Source: an uncultured Gammaproteobacteria bacterium
GTDB lineage: Bacteria; Patescibacteriota; Patescibacteriia; Patescibacteriales; UBA12465
Length of the DNA: 58,539 bases
Direction: 5' to 3'
Assembly (NCBI GenBank): GCA_964408775.1
Contig: CAYPAP010000003.1
Coordinates: forward strand, 47,615-106,153
Position numbers and translations under genes: made by a program. Below are positions 29,358-37,771 of the stretch, piece after piece. The notes below the pieces were generated by a model, which was not told where the DNA came from, did not search any database, and saw only the letters and a program-made list of their open reading frames with translations. Within the stretch, counting starts at the first letter, position 1, and each line of letters starts with the position of its first letter.

Positions 29358-29395
29358 CCGGGATACATTATTTTTAACAAAATAGTTTTAATACC

Positions 29396-29433
29396 CTAGA
29401 GCTGAATAGTTCTGGGGTTTTTTATTTTTTTCT
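29396..29433 (+). terminator. Intrinsic terminator
   Basis: ccctaga/tctgggg stem (one G-U pair) followed by ttttttattttttt. Confidence 0.7.
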
Positions 29434-29572
29434 GCAAAAGCCCCCGAACGAGAGTTCTTTGGTTATTTTTTTGTACAATTTCAATAAAATTTTAATTTTA
29501 CTTTTATCTTAAAAAATACTATAATAGGGCTATGATTAGCTTGAGATAATACTACTATTGATTCACCACAAT

Positions 29573-30679
29573 ATGACAAAAGAAAAAAACAAGGATATTA
29601 AAAAAACATTTAGCTCAAAGATTAAAAAAATAAATATTTATTTAATAGTTGTTATAATAGCAACTATTTTTGTTTTACCGATGCTTATCTCTGCCAAGCA
29701 TTACGCTGGAGAACTAAATGGAAGAATATTATTACAGGTAGAAGAAAATGGTGAAGCTTGGTATGTTTATCCGGGAAACGGTCAACGCTATTTCTTAGGT
29801 AGGCCGGCCGATGCTTTTGTTATTATGAAAAACCTATCCTTGGGGGCCAAGCATGATTTTATAGTTAATACAGAGGTTTTTCCTCCTAGGTTAGCTGGCA
29901 TAATACTTTTAGACGTGGAAAGGAATGGTGAGGCTTATTATATAGATCCGAAAAATTTAAACAAGTATTATCTAGGCAGGCCAGCCGATGCTTTTTCTTT
30001 AATGAGAGAAAAGGGCTTGGGAATAAAAAACAGTGATTTGGTTGACATACCAATAGCAGAAATAAATTCTAACCCAATTAAAGAAGAGGCTATATTATCC
30101 CCCTATGTAGAGTCGGTTCCTTTCACCACTCAAGCTCCTTTTGGTAATTGGCAGGACCAAAGACAGCAGGATGGTTGCGAGGAGGCATCGGCCTTGATGG
30201 CGGTTAAATGGGCTAAAAACGAAAGTTTGAGTCAACAAAAATCTTTAGATGAAATTTTGGCAGCCTCCGATTATTTATTGGAAAAATATGGAGAATATAG
30301 GGATGTTTCCTCAGAAGATACGGTTAATTGGATACTAAAGGACTATTTTTCTTATGATAAGGCGGCCGTGAAATACAACATAGAGATTAAGGATATTATT
30401 TATGAACTTGGTCAGGGTAATTTGCTTATTGCCCCGATGAATGGCCAGATTATGCATAATCCTTATTTTACTTCTCCAGGTCCTCCTCGTCATATGATTG
30501 TTATTCGAGGCTACAACGAAGAAAAAGACGTTTTCATAACCCATGATCCCGGAACCAGATATGGCGAAAATTATGAGTATGATAGCCAGATTCTTTTTGG
30601 GGCAATAAGGGATTACCCTACCGGGTACCATGAATTAATTGAAAAAATAGAAAAAAATGTTATCGTAGTTTGGAAGTAG
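29573..30679 (+). CDS. Secreted peptidase C39-like (C39_2/BtrH-like) protein with two N-terminal ~50-aa repeat modules
   Basis: TM/signal anchor. Repeats GRILLQVEENGEAWYVYP...GRPADAF and GIILLDVERNGEAYYIDP...GRPADAF. C-terminal VPFTTQAPFGNWQDQRQQDGCEEAS resembles the C39-like Cys region. ATG 29573 is preferred over TTG 29558. Confidence 0.65.
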   Translation: MTKEKNKDIKKTFSSKIKKINIYLIVVIIATIFVLPMLISAKHYAGELNGRILLQVEENGEAWYVYPGNGQRYFLGRPADAFVIMKNLSLGAKHDFIVNTEVFPPRLAGIILLDVERNGEAYYIDPKNLNKYYLGRPADAFSLMREKGLGIKNSDLVDIPIAEINSNPIKEEAILSPYVESVPFTTQAPFGNWQDQRQQDGCEEASALMAVKWAKNESLSQQKSLDEILAASDYLLEKYGEYRDVSSEDTVNWILKDYFSYDKAAVKYNIEIKDIIYELGQGNLLIAPMNGQIMHNPYFTSPGPPRHMIVIRGYNEEKDVFITHDPGTRYGENYEYDSQILFGAIRDYPTGYHELIEKIEKNVIVVWK

Positions 30680-30704
30680 TTTTTTAAATTGTATAATCAA
30701 AAAA

Positions 30705-31724
30705 ATGAACAACAATATTTTGAAATATTTCATATTTTTTACTTTATTTCTCTCTCTAATTTTTATTATTGGTATTCAAACTTCCTTGGCGTCCTCTTTG
30801 CCTTTTGAGTTGAGAGGTCGTTTTTTAATTCAAGTTGATAATAAAGGGCAGGCTTGGTATGTTGATACTAACAATAATTTGCGACACGATATTTCTAATA
30901 ATAATTCTTTTTTAGAATTAGCAAAGAATGTTGGTCTAGGTATTAGTAATTCTGATTTACAAAAAATTCCTATTGCTATAAATAATAATTTAATTACAAT
31001 TGATAGTGATAAAGATGGTCTAGACGATGAATTAGAAAAAGCCATTGGTACGAATCCCTTTAATTCTGACAGTGATGGTGATGGTTATAGTGATAAAACT
31101 GAAATCCTACATCACTTCAATCCATCGGGGAAGGGTAAATTATTAATAGATACAAAACTGGCTTCGAATTTAGCTGGAAAATTATTATTACAAGTCGAAG
31201 GACAAGGTCAGGTTTGGTATGTTAATCCTGGTGATAATCTTCGTTATTATATCAAAAATCATAATGACCTTTTGAAAATAATTTCTCTTACTGGGCAGGG
31301 CATTAACTCTGATAATCTAAAATTAATTATTGATAATAAAGAAATCAAGGCTGGAGCTGAAAAAAATATTAAAATTGATGTCAGTAAAAAGCAAAGGTTG
31401 TATTATTATTTGGGAGATACCGAAATCGGATCCTTCCCAATATCTTCTGGCAAATACAGCACTCCAACACCCAAGGGTAGTTTTAAAATTATCAATAAAC
31501 ACCCCAAGGCCTGGTCTTATTTTGGTTTATGGATGCCTTATTGGATGGGCTTAGGAACAGGTAGCTTTGGCTTGCACGAACTTCCAATTTGGCCTAGCGG
31601 TTATCGAGAGGGCGAGTCTCATTTGGGAGTTCCTGTTTCGCATGGTTGTATACGTTTGGGAGTTGGTTCAGCTAAGTTTTTATATAATTGGGCGGAAGTC
31701 GGAACCCCGGTTTATATTTATTAA
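30705..31724 (+). CDS. L,D-transpeptidase (YkuD domain) with the same N-terminal repeat modules and Ca-binding TSP3-like DxDxDG repeats
   Basis: 339 aa. C-terminal HELP...SHGCIRL YkuD catalytic motif. Repeats GRFLIQVDNKGQAWYVD and GKLLLQVEGQGQVWYVNP. DSDKDGLDDELE...DSDGDGYSD. Confidence 0.85.
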   Translation: MNNNILKYFIFFTLFLSLIFIIGIQTSLASSLPFELRGRFLIQVDNKGQAWYVDTNNNLRHDISNNNSFLELAKNVGLGISNSDLQKIPIAINNNLITIDSDKDGLDDELEKAIGTNPFNSDSDGDGYSDKTEILHHFNPSGKGKLLIDTKLASNLAGKLLLQVEGQGQVWYVNPGDNLRYYIKNHNDLLKIISLTGQGINSDNLKLIIDNKEIKAGAEKNIKIDVSKKQRLYYYLGDTEIGSFPISSGKYSTPTPKGSFKIINKHPKAWSYFGLWMPYWMGLGTGSFGLHELPIWPSGYREGESHLGVPVSHGCIRLGVGSAKFLYNWAEVGTPVYIY

Positions 31725-31741
31725 TATTAATTTCGATAATC

Positions 31742-31769
31742 TGTAACAAAACAACTATTTTTACGTATA
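31742..31769 (+). promoter_or_regulatory. ECF-sigma-type promoter candidate TGTAAC-N16-CGTATA
   Basis: TGTAAC at 31742-31747 and CGTATA at 31764-31769, with a 16-nt spacer. The same split motif and spacing occur at 46060-46087 next to the ECF sigma gene. Confidence 0.5.
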
Positions 31770-31805
31770 TTATTATGTAGGCCTTTAAGCCTAATTTAAA
31801 AAAGT

Positions 31806-31967
31806 ATGAATATAAATATTTACAAAACCCATAAGAATTTAGTCGACAGTTACACTGGCGCCTCTTTTATTTGGTTAATGGAAAGACCAAATAATCGCGA
31901 AAATGGTTTTGGTAAATATTATTCAAATAAATATATCAATAACAAACATAAAGTACTAATAACATAA
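31806..31967 (+). CDS. Possible 53-aa small protein within the orphan transcript unit
   Basis: ATG-to-TAA ORF (MNINIYKTHKNLVDSYTGASFIWLMERPNNRENGFGKYYSNKYINNKHKVLIT), ~30 nt downstream of the predicted ECF-type promoter. No homolog recognised. Confidence 0.3.
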   Translation: MNINIYKTHKNLVDSYTGASFIWLMERPNNRENGFGKYYSNKYINNKHKVLIT

Positions 31968-32112
31968 GAGATTAAAAAATAACAAACAATAAAATATACA
32001 TAGACTATAGACAAAAATGAACAACAATACGGAAAATAAAGGGAAGACAGTAATTAGGATGAATAGTAGTAAGATAGAGAAAAAATAGTCAAATAAAGAT
32101 AAAATATTTGCA

Positions 32113-32150
32113 AGAACCATCTTCGTGATACGAGGATGGTTCTTTTGCTT
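32113..32150 (+). terminator. Strong intrinsic terminator with no adjacent upstream long ORF
   Basis: 13-bp stem agaaccatcttcg/cgaggatggttct with loop tgata, followed by tttgcttt. It lies 390 nt after the ldt stop. Confidence 0.75.
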
Positions 32151-32195
32151 TAAAGCGCTTGTTCATTAACAATAATCCACCTAAAACCATTCGTC

Positions 32196-33386
32196 ATGGC
32201 TAGAAAAATTATTCTGAATTACGCAATTTTTATGTTGCTGGAGGGCTTGGTTATCAGCTTCTTCTTTGGGACCTACACACTCTTTTTGCTAGAAAAGGGT
32301 CTAAGCCTATTAGAGGTTAATCTTCTTAATTGCTCCTTTATGGTGGCAGTATTTCTTTTTGAGATTCCTACGGGAGTAATTGCTGATTTTTTTGGCAGAA
32401 AGCGCTCAGTAGTCATTGGTTTATTCGTCTACTCTTCTTCATTTTTGATTTACTTTTTGTCTGATAATTTATGGCAATTTTTGTTAGCTGAAATTATCGC
32501 GGCGGCGGCCTTTACTTGTATCTCTGGAGCTCTAGAGGCCTTGGTAGTTGATTCTTTAAAGCACTATGATTATGAAGGAGACTTTGAGCCTGTTTTTAAG
32601 AAGGCTGAGATTCGTCAGTTAGGGGTTCTTATTGGCGCTATTATTGGTAGCTTTGCCGGGCAAGTTGACTTGTCTCTTCCTTGGCTACTAAGTTCTCTGG
32701 GTTTTATTCTTCTGGCTATTTTTTCTATTTTCTTCTTACGCGAAGATTATTTTAAAAAGTCCTTAAAAAGCACTGTAAATTTTTTAGCGTTACGAAAAAT
32801 TGCTCGAGACGGAATCGCTTATGGTCCAAAAAATCATCGCATCATGTTCGGGGCTCTTTTTTCAGCGACTCTGGCCTTTGTTGTTCAGCCATTAAATATG
32901 TATTGGCAAGTAATTTTCAATGGTTATTTTGGCTTGGAAGTTAAATTTATGGGGTTTATTTTTTCAGGAATTGTTATTTTAACTTTTGTCGGATCTCAAT
33001 TGTCTGGTTTTTGGCAGAAGATAATAAGGTGCAAAAAGGAGGCAATGATTTCATCTCAACTTATAACATTGTTTGGGATAATCGGTTGTTTATTATTTCT
33101 GAATCTTCCTGTTTTCTTAACTTTCTTCTTAATTCATGAAGTTGGACGAGGATTATTCAGGCCTTTAATTCGAGCCTATATCAATAAAAATATTGATAAT
33201 AAAAACAGGGCAACGGTTTTGTCATTGGAATCAATGATAACTAAAGCTGGGGCGGGACTGGGCTTGGTATTTAGTGGTCTGATAGCTAATTCTTTTGGCC
33301 CGTTAGCCTCTTGGTTGGTGAGCGCTATAGTTTTAGCTCTAGCAATTTTTCTCTTTTGGCGAGAGGGCAGAAAAGAAAAATATTAA
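32196..33386 (+). CDS. MFS transporter
   Basis: 396 aa, ~12 TM segments. The GVIADFFGRKRS loop is typical of the MFS motif A. Confidence 0.8.
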   Translation: MARKIILNYAIFMLLEGLVISFFFGTYTLFLLEKGLSLLEVNLLNCSFMVAVFLFEIPTGVIADFFGRKRSVVIGLFVYSSSFLIYFLSDNLWQFLLAEIIAAAAFTCISGALEALVVDSLKHYDYEGDFEPVFKKAEIRQLGVLIGAIIGSFAGQVDLSLPWLLSSLGFILLAIFSIFFLREDYFKKSLKSTVNFLALRKIARDGIAYGPKNHRIMFGALFSATLAFVVQPLNMYWQVIFNGYFGLEVKFMGFIFSGIVILTFVGSQLSGFWQKIIRCKKEAMISSQLITLFGIIGCLLFLNLPVFLTFFLIHEVGRGLFRPLIRAYINKNIDNKNRATVLSLESMITKAGAGLGLVFSGLIANSFGPLASWLVSAIVLALAIFLFWREGRKEKY

Positions 33387-33393
33387 AAATTCT

Positions 33394-33422
33394 GAAGGTC
33401 AAATTAATTTGGCCTTCTTTTA
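33394..33422 (+). terminator. Intrinsic terminator after the MFS gene
   Basis: gaaggtcaaatt/aatttggccttc palindromic hairpin followed by a T-rich tract. Confidence 0.6.
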
Positions 33423-33508
33423 TTAAATTTATAATTAAATAATATCATTGATTTTATTGGTAGATTTTATTATAATATTATTAATTAGTTTGAATTAATT
33501 TTTTTTCA

Positions 33509-34075
33509 ATGCCCAATAATCCTCCCCCTAGTTTAAATAGTTTCCCTGTAAATAACCTTAATCGTTCGGCTGGCTTGGGAGCCTCTGGGGCCGGAGGTCT
33601 TGGTTTGGCAAAAAACGATTCGCTATCAAAAAATCCTTCCAGTCGTTTAGGGCGCAATCGGTCTAAAAGTGCCTTGGAGCAAATAGATATTAGTAAGATT
33701 GGTAGGGGGCGCTTAATGACAGAAGGAACTTATGAAAAATCCTTTGGTTTAAGTAAGGGGGCAGGACTGAAGGGGCAGTTAGGTCAAATGCGTATGGCTG
33801 GCAAGCGTAGTACTACTAAAAATTTATCTAGAAAAAACTTAGACCAAATTCATGATTTTTTATCTGGGGCTATTAAAAAAGGATCAGTATCTTCCAGCAG
33901 CTATATTAGTCGCAGAGATAAAGCTGATATAATGACTAAATCCCGACAATTGGCCAAGTCTCCTGATAGTAATTTTACCTTGGAAGATAGAAAGGATTTA
34001 ATAAAAATAGTTGATTCTATGCGTAAACAATATCGGGATAGTATTCTGGGGAGAGCTGACGATAAGTCTGATTAA
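33509..34075 (+). CDS. Hypothetical low-complexity (S/G/K/R-rich) protein
   Basis: 188-aa ORF. Probably disordered. No motif recognised. Confidence 0.5.
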   Translation: MPNNPPPSLNSFPVNNLNRSAGLGASGAGGLGLAKNDSLSKNPSSRLGRNRSKSALEQIDISKIGRGRLMTEGTYEKSFGLSKGAGLKGQLGQMRMAGKRSTTKNLSRKNLDQIHDFLSGAIKKGSVSSSSYISRRDKADIMTKSRQLAKSPDSNFTLEDRKDLIKIVDSMRKQYRDSILGRADDKSD

Positions 34076-34258
34076 TCAAATTTAATGGTTTTTAAAAATT
34101 AGGTAAAAAGAAGTTTCTTTGAGATTTCTTTTTTTATTTTTTCCTTCTTGACATTGATTTAATTTTGACCTAAAGTTATCTAATGTTTTCTTTCGGGAAA
34201 ACTATATGAAAGAACTTTGACAATTTTTTGAAAAATAAACCATAAAAAAGGAGGTACT

Positions 34259-36409
34259 ATGTTGTCTTTGGAGAATTTGAATTTATTGATTCTGGTTTTA
34301 GCATCTCTGACCGCCTTGTCAATGGTGGTTATAAAGAAAAGATGGCTGAACCAACAATTGGTTACTGACCAGGGTATTTTGCTGGTTTCTGGGCACATCC
34401 GGACAGCTACCCTGAGCTTTATTAAGAGGCAGTATTCTACTGCTGGAAAAGTAATTTTCTTCATCTTTCTACTTTTGTTGTTTTTGGCTTATGAGGGTTT
34501 TTTGACCTACTATACGCCATTTGCAGTTTTAAGTGGGGCTTTCTTTTCGGCTTTATCAGCTTATCTTGGTATGCTAGCAGCGGTTAAGGCTAATGCTATA
34601 ACAGCTTACGCTACTAAATTAGGCATAAATAAAGCTTTTAAGGCAGCTCTAAATGGAGGTGCGGTAATGGGATTCTCAGTTTGCGGGTTTGGCCTATTGG
34701 ACTTGGCTTTCTGGTATGGCTTTATAAAGTTTATGAATCCAGCAATGCCAGTTGAAGAGTTGATGGGTATAATAACCCAAACTATTATCACATTTGCTTT
34801 TGGGGCCAGTTTTATGGCTTTTTGGGCTAGGGTGAGTGGTGGAATCTTTACTAAATCAGCTGATTCAGCTGCTGATACAGTGGGGAAGGGTGAATATGGC
34901 TTGGCCGAAGATGATGCCAGAAACCCTGCTACTATAGCTGACAATGTTGGCGATAATGCTAACGATGTAGCTGGAATGGGACAGGACCTTAATGAATCCT
35001 ATGTTGGGGGTAATGCTGCCTCTATGGAGGCCGCCTTTTACTCTCATGGTAGCTTTGTAGCCTATTTTGGCGCAGCTATCAGTGTTGCCACTTTGGTTAT
35101 GATTCCTTTGGCAATTTCTGCCTTGGGTGTCTTGGCCAGTATTATTGGCCTGGCGGCTATTAGGGTAAATGGTCATGGTTTTCGTGAACTGCTTTTCAGT
35201 GTCAGAAGGGGAGTTTATCTTACTTCTTTTTTGATAGCGCTGGGATCATTCTTCTTGAGCAAGTACGCCATTGGTAACCTTAGTCTTTTTTGGCCGGTTG
35301 TTATTGGACTGCTCACAGGAAATGGTATCGCCTGGGTAGCTGAGTATTACACTTCCACTAATTATCGTCCAGTTAAAAAGCTGGCCGAGAAAGCTACTGG
35401 TGGTTATGCTTCAGTTATTGTTGACGGATTGGCCTTGGGCAAGGAGAGTGTACTGGTTACCGCCTTGGTGTTAATAGGTGGAATGCTGGGAGCTTTTTAT
35501 GTAGTTGGTGCTGGTGATTTTAATTTGGGGATATACGGAGTAAGTTTGGCTGCCGTAGCCATGCTTTCAACCTTACCAATTACATTAACCATTGATGCCT
35601 TCGGTCCTATTGCTGATAACGCTCAGGGTCTTCTGGAGATGAATAGAATCGACGGAGATAGGGCTAAAATTGGCAATGACCTAGATTCCCTGGGGAACAC
35701 CACTGCAGCGACTGGTAAAGGGTATGCTATTGGTAGTGCCGCCTTTGCTGCTATTGCCCTGATCAATGCTCTGCAGCATGTTGTTGAGAGAGCCTTGATT
35801 AATTTGAGGGACGTAATTGGTTTTGTTCCGGAGATAGACTTCTCCTTAAATAACATTTGGGTTATTTCAGGATTAATCTTGGGAACTGCTGTTCCGTGGC
35901 TTTTTTCTTCCAAGCTTTTGCGAGCGGTTGGTAATACAGCTTTTATAATGATAGCTGAAATTCACCGCCAGATTAAAGAATTGGGAATCTTGGAAGGTAA
36001 AAATCCGCCCGATTATCAAAGGTGCGTGGACATCGCCACTAAGGCAGCCCAAAAGTATAGTATACAGCCGGCTATTTTGGTTATTTTTATTCCTACGGCA
36101 GTAGCTATTTTAGGCGGACCTGGTATGTTGTCGGCATTTTTGTTGGCCGCTTTGGTTTCATCCTTCGCCCAGGCAGTTTATATGTCTAATGCTGGAGGAG
36201 CCTGGGACAATGCTAAGAAGATGATAGAGGCTGGTTTGTATGGTGGAAAAAATTCCTCAGCTCACCGGGCTGCTATCGCTGGGGACATGGTTGGTGATCC
36301 CTTCAAGGACACCGCTGGACCATCTCTGAACATCCTCATAAAGTTAATGGTAACGCTATCAATATTGATGGCGCCGTTGACTATGTACTTGCACTACTTG
36401 TTCTTCTAA
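34259..36409 (+). CDS. hppA: Membrane-bound ion-translocating pyrophosphatase
   Basis: 716 aa. IADNVGDNANDVAGMG, DAFGPIADNA, GGAWDNAKK and GDPFKDTAGPSLN motifs. Strong aaggaggt SD 7 nt upstream. Confidence 0.93.
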   Translation: MLSLENLNLLILVLASLTALSMVVIKKRWLNQQLVTDQGILLVSGHIRTATLSFIKRQYSTAGKVIFFIFLLLLFLAYEGFLTYYTPFAVLSGAFFSALSAYLGMLAAVKANAITAYATKLGINKAFKAALNGGAVMGFSVCGFGLLDLAFWYGFIKFMNPAMPVEELMGIITQTIITFAFGASFMAFWARVSGGIFTKSADSAADTVGKGEYGLAEDDARNPATIADNVGDNANDVAGMGQDLNESYVGGNAASMEAAFYSHGSFVAYFGAAISVATLVMIPLAISALGVLASIIGLAAIRVNGHGFRELLFSVRRGVYLTSFLIALGSFFLSKYAIGNLSLFWPVVIGLLTGNGIAWVAEYYTSTNYRPVKKLAEKATGGYASVIVDGLALGKESVLVTALVLIGGMLGAFYVVGAGDFNLGIYGVSLAAVAMLSTLPITLTIDAFGPIADNAQGLLEMNRIDGDRAKIGNDLDSLGNTTAATGKGYAIGSAAFAAIALINALQHVVERALINLRDVIGFVPEIDFSLNNIWVISGLILGTAVPWLFSSKLLRAVGNTAFIMIAEIHRQIKELGILEGKNPPDYQRCVDIATKAAQKYSIQPAILVIFIPTAVAILGGPGMLSAFLLAALVSSFAQAVYMSNAGGAWDNAKKMIEAGLYGGKNSSAHRAAIAGDMVGDPFKDTAGPSLNILIKLMVTLSILMAPLTMYLHYLFF

Positions 36410-36439
36410 TGAGCCCCCTTGAAAAGAGGGCAGAAGTTG

Positions 36440-36466
36440 AGCGATCCACAATGGGTCGCTTTTTTA
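36440..36466 (+). terminator. Intrinsic terminator after hppA
   Basis: agcgatcc/gggtcgct stem followed by ttttt. Confidence 0.7.
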
Positions 36467-36594
36467 ATTATTTAATTTTCTTAGTAATTTTTAAGTTTTA
36501 TGGCAAATAGTTGCCAATACCCTGTTTTTATGGTGTTTAACTGCTATTGACATTTTATATCTAATATGTTATAATATAGTCACACCTTAAAAAG

Positions 36595-36822
36595 ATGAAA
36601 ATGAAGAAAATGAAGAAAATTATTCTTGGGTTCGTTATTATTTTTTCGATTTTTTTGATGAGCAGTGCTTGCTCAGCCCCCTCAACAGCAAGAGGAAGTA
36701 GCTCAAAGAGCCACTTAACTCATGTTAAAAAAACATCAAAGAAATCAAAAAAATTGAAAAAAGTGTCCTGCAGCAAAATGCAGGCTCATAATACTTGGGT
36801 GAGGAATGGATCGGCTAGATAG
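36595..36822 (+). CDS. Small basic lipoprotein candidate
   Basis: 75 aa. Signal peptide with the lipobox-like LMSSAC. K/S-rich mature part. Confidence 0.5.
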   Translation: MKMKKMKKIILGFVIIFSIFLMSSACSAPSTARGSSSKSHLTHVKKTSKKSKKLKKVSCSKMQAHNTWVRNGSAR

Positions 36823-36907
36823 CCGGAAACCTCTTCATCCAAAAAGGCCAATGCATAAGCAAAGGCCTTTTTTTCTTACATTTTTTGTTTTAATACTTTT
36901 CTCTTCC

Positions 36908-37309
36908 TTATTCACTAATAATGTTAAAATTATTGATAACAATATTATTTGAGTCTAAATATTCATATTCTACTTCGGCTGTTAGAGCAATATGTCCATC
37001 TTCGTAGTCGATAATTAATTTATTATCATCGATGAAGTCAATGGAGGTGATATAAAAAGTTCCACCTAAAACTTCTTTTTCTGGAGATAAGTCAGAAATG
37101 TTTTCACTTAAATATTCAAGAACATATTCTTGCTTCTCTATTTTTGTTAGATTTTCTTCCCCATTTTCAGTGCTGCTCTCTTCTCCATTTTCTTCTGGCA
37201 ATACACCGTCTTCGGAGATAGGGGAGGATGAGTTGCTAGCAATAACTAGAACTATAATTAAAATTAAGAGCAGGGCGGCTAAAATTAAGGACAGATTTTT
37301 TTTAAGCAT
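36908..37309 (-). CDS. Hypothetical membrane-anchored/secreted acidic protein
   Basis: 133 aa. N-terminal hydrophobic anchor followed by an E/S-rich linker. No motif recognised. Confidence 0.6.
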   Translation of the reverse strand: MLKKNLSLILAALLLILIIVLVIASNSSSPISEDGVLPEENGEESSTENGEENLTKIEKQEYVLEYLSENISDLSPEKEVLGGTFYITSIDFIDDNKLIIDYEDGHIALTAEVEYEYLDSNNIVINNFNIISE

Positions 37310-37418
37310 ATTTTTTTTAAATTCATATTAAATTTGCTTTAAAATATTAATATAAATTTATTATTATTTTTATACTTTAACTTTTGTAATAATATTTTAA
37401 CATATTAATTTAAAAAAT

Positions 37419-37676
37419 AAAAATAAAGAAGGGGAAACCGCAGTTTCCCCTATTTTCAATTCCGTCTGGACTCCAACCAGCATCTCTGGGAAGAGCTCTT
37501 TATTCTTCTTGTTTTGGCGCCTTATTATCAAGAAAAAATAGAGCCCCGATTTTCTCGGGTGTTAAAAGCTTGGAAAATCTTGCCTGGAAGACATCAAATT
37601 AAGATCGCGAAACCCTAAAATTTTATCTTAACCAGTCTTGACCCCAGTGTTTTGACATTAAACTAAAAGGAATTGA
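37419..37676 (-). ncRNA. Candidate ~255-nt structured RNA (unknown class) with its own promoter and terminator
   Basis: Lies between an extended -10 promoter and the ggggaaac-tgcg-gtttcccc+T-run terminator (37419-37450). The 5' ttcaattcc pairs with the 3' ggaattgaa as a closing stem. Internal hairpins are ttaagat/atcttaa, cccga/tcggg and ttttttctt/aagaagaa. No ORF. Confidence 0.55.
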
Positions 37677-37682
37677 AGTAGT

Positions 37683-37710
37683 ATTATAGCAGTAAAACTT
37701 TAAATGTCAA
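37683..37710 (-). promoter_or_regulatory. Sigma70-type promoter with extended -10 (TTGACA-N16-TGCTATAAT)
   Basis: The minus strand reads ttgaca tttaaagttttactgc tataat. Confidence 0.75.
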
Positions 37711-37771
37711 CAGTTTTATTTATTTGTTTTTTTTGTTATAATTAAACCAGCAATTAATTATTCAAATTTTT

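Noticed and set aside
34180-35913. Several minus-strand ORFs inside hppA (34180-34464, 34606-34944, 34865-35176, 35623-35913)
   Set aside because: They are shadow ORFs in a higher-GC gene. The hppA frame carries all diagnostic motifs.
37419-37676. Assignment of the minus-strand RNA candidate to tmRNA, RNase P RNA or SRP RNA
   Set aside because: By eye there is no tRNA-like GGTTCGAAT T-loop or CCA end, no GAGGAAAGTCC P4 motif, and no GGAAGCAGCC-type SRP domain IV motif. The class is left open pending covariance-model searches.
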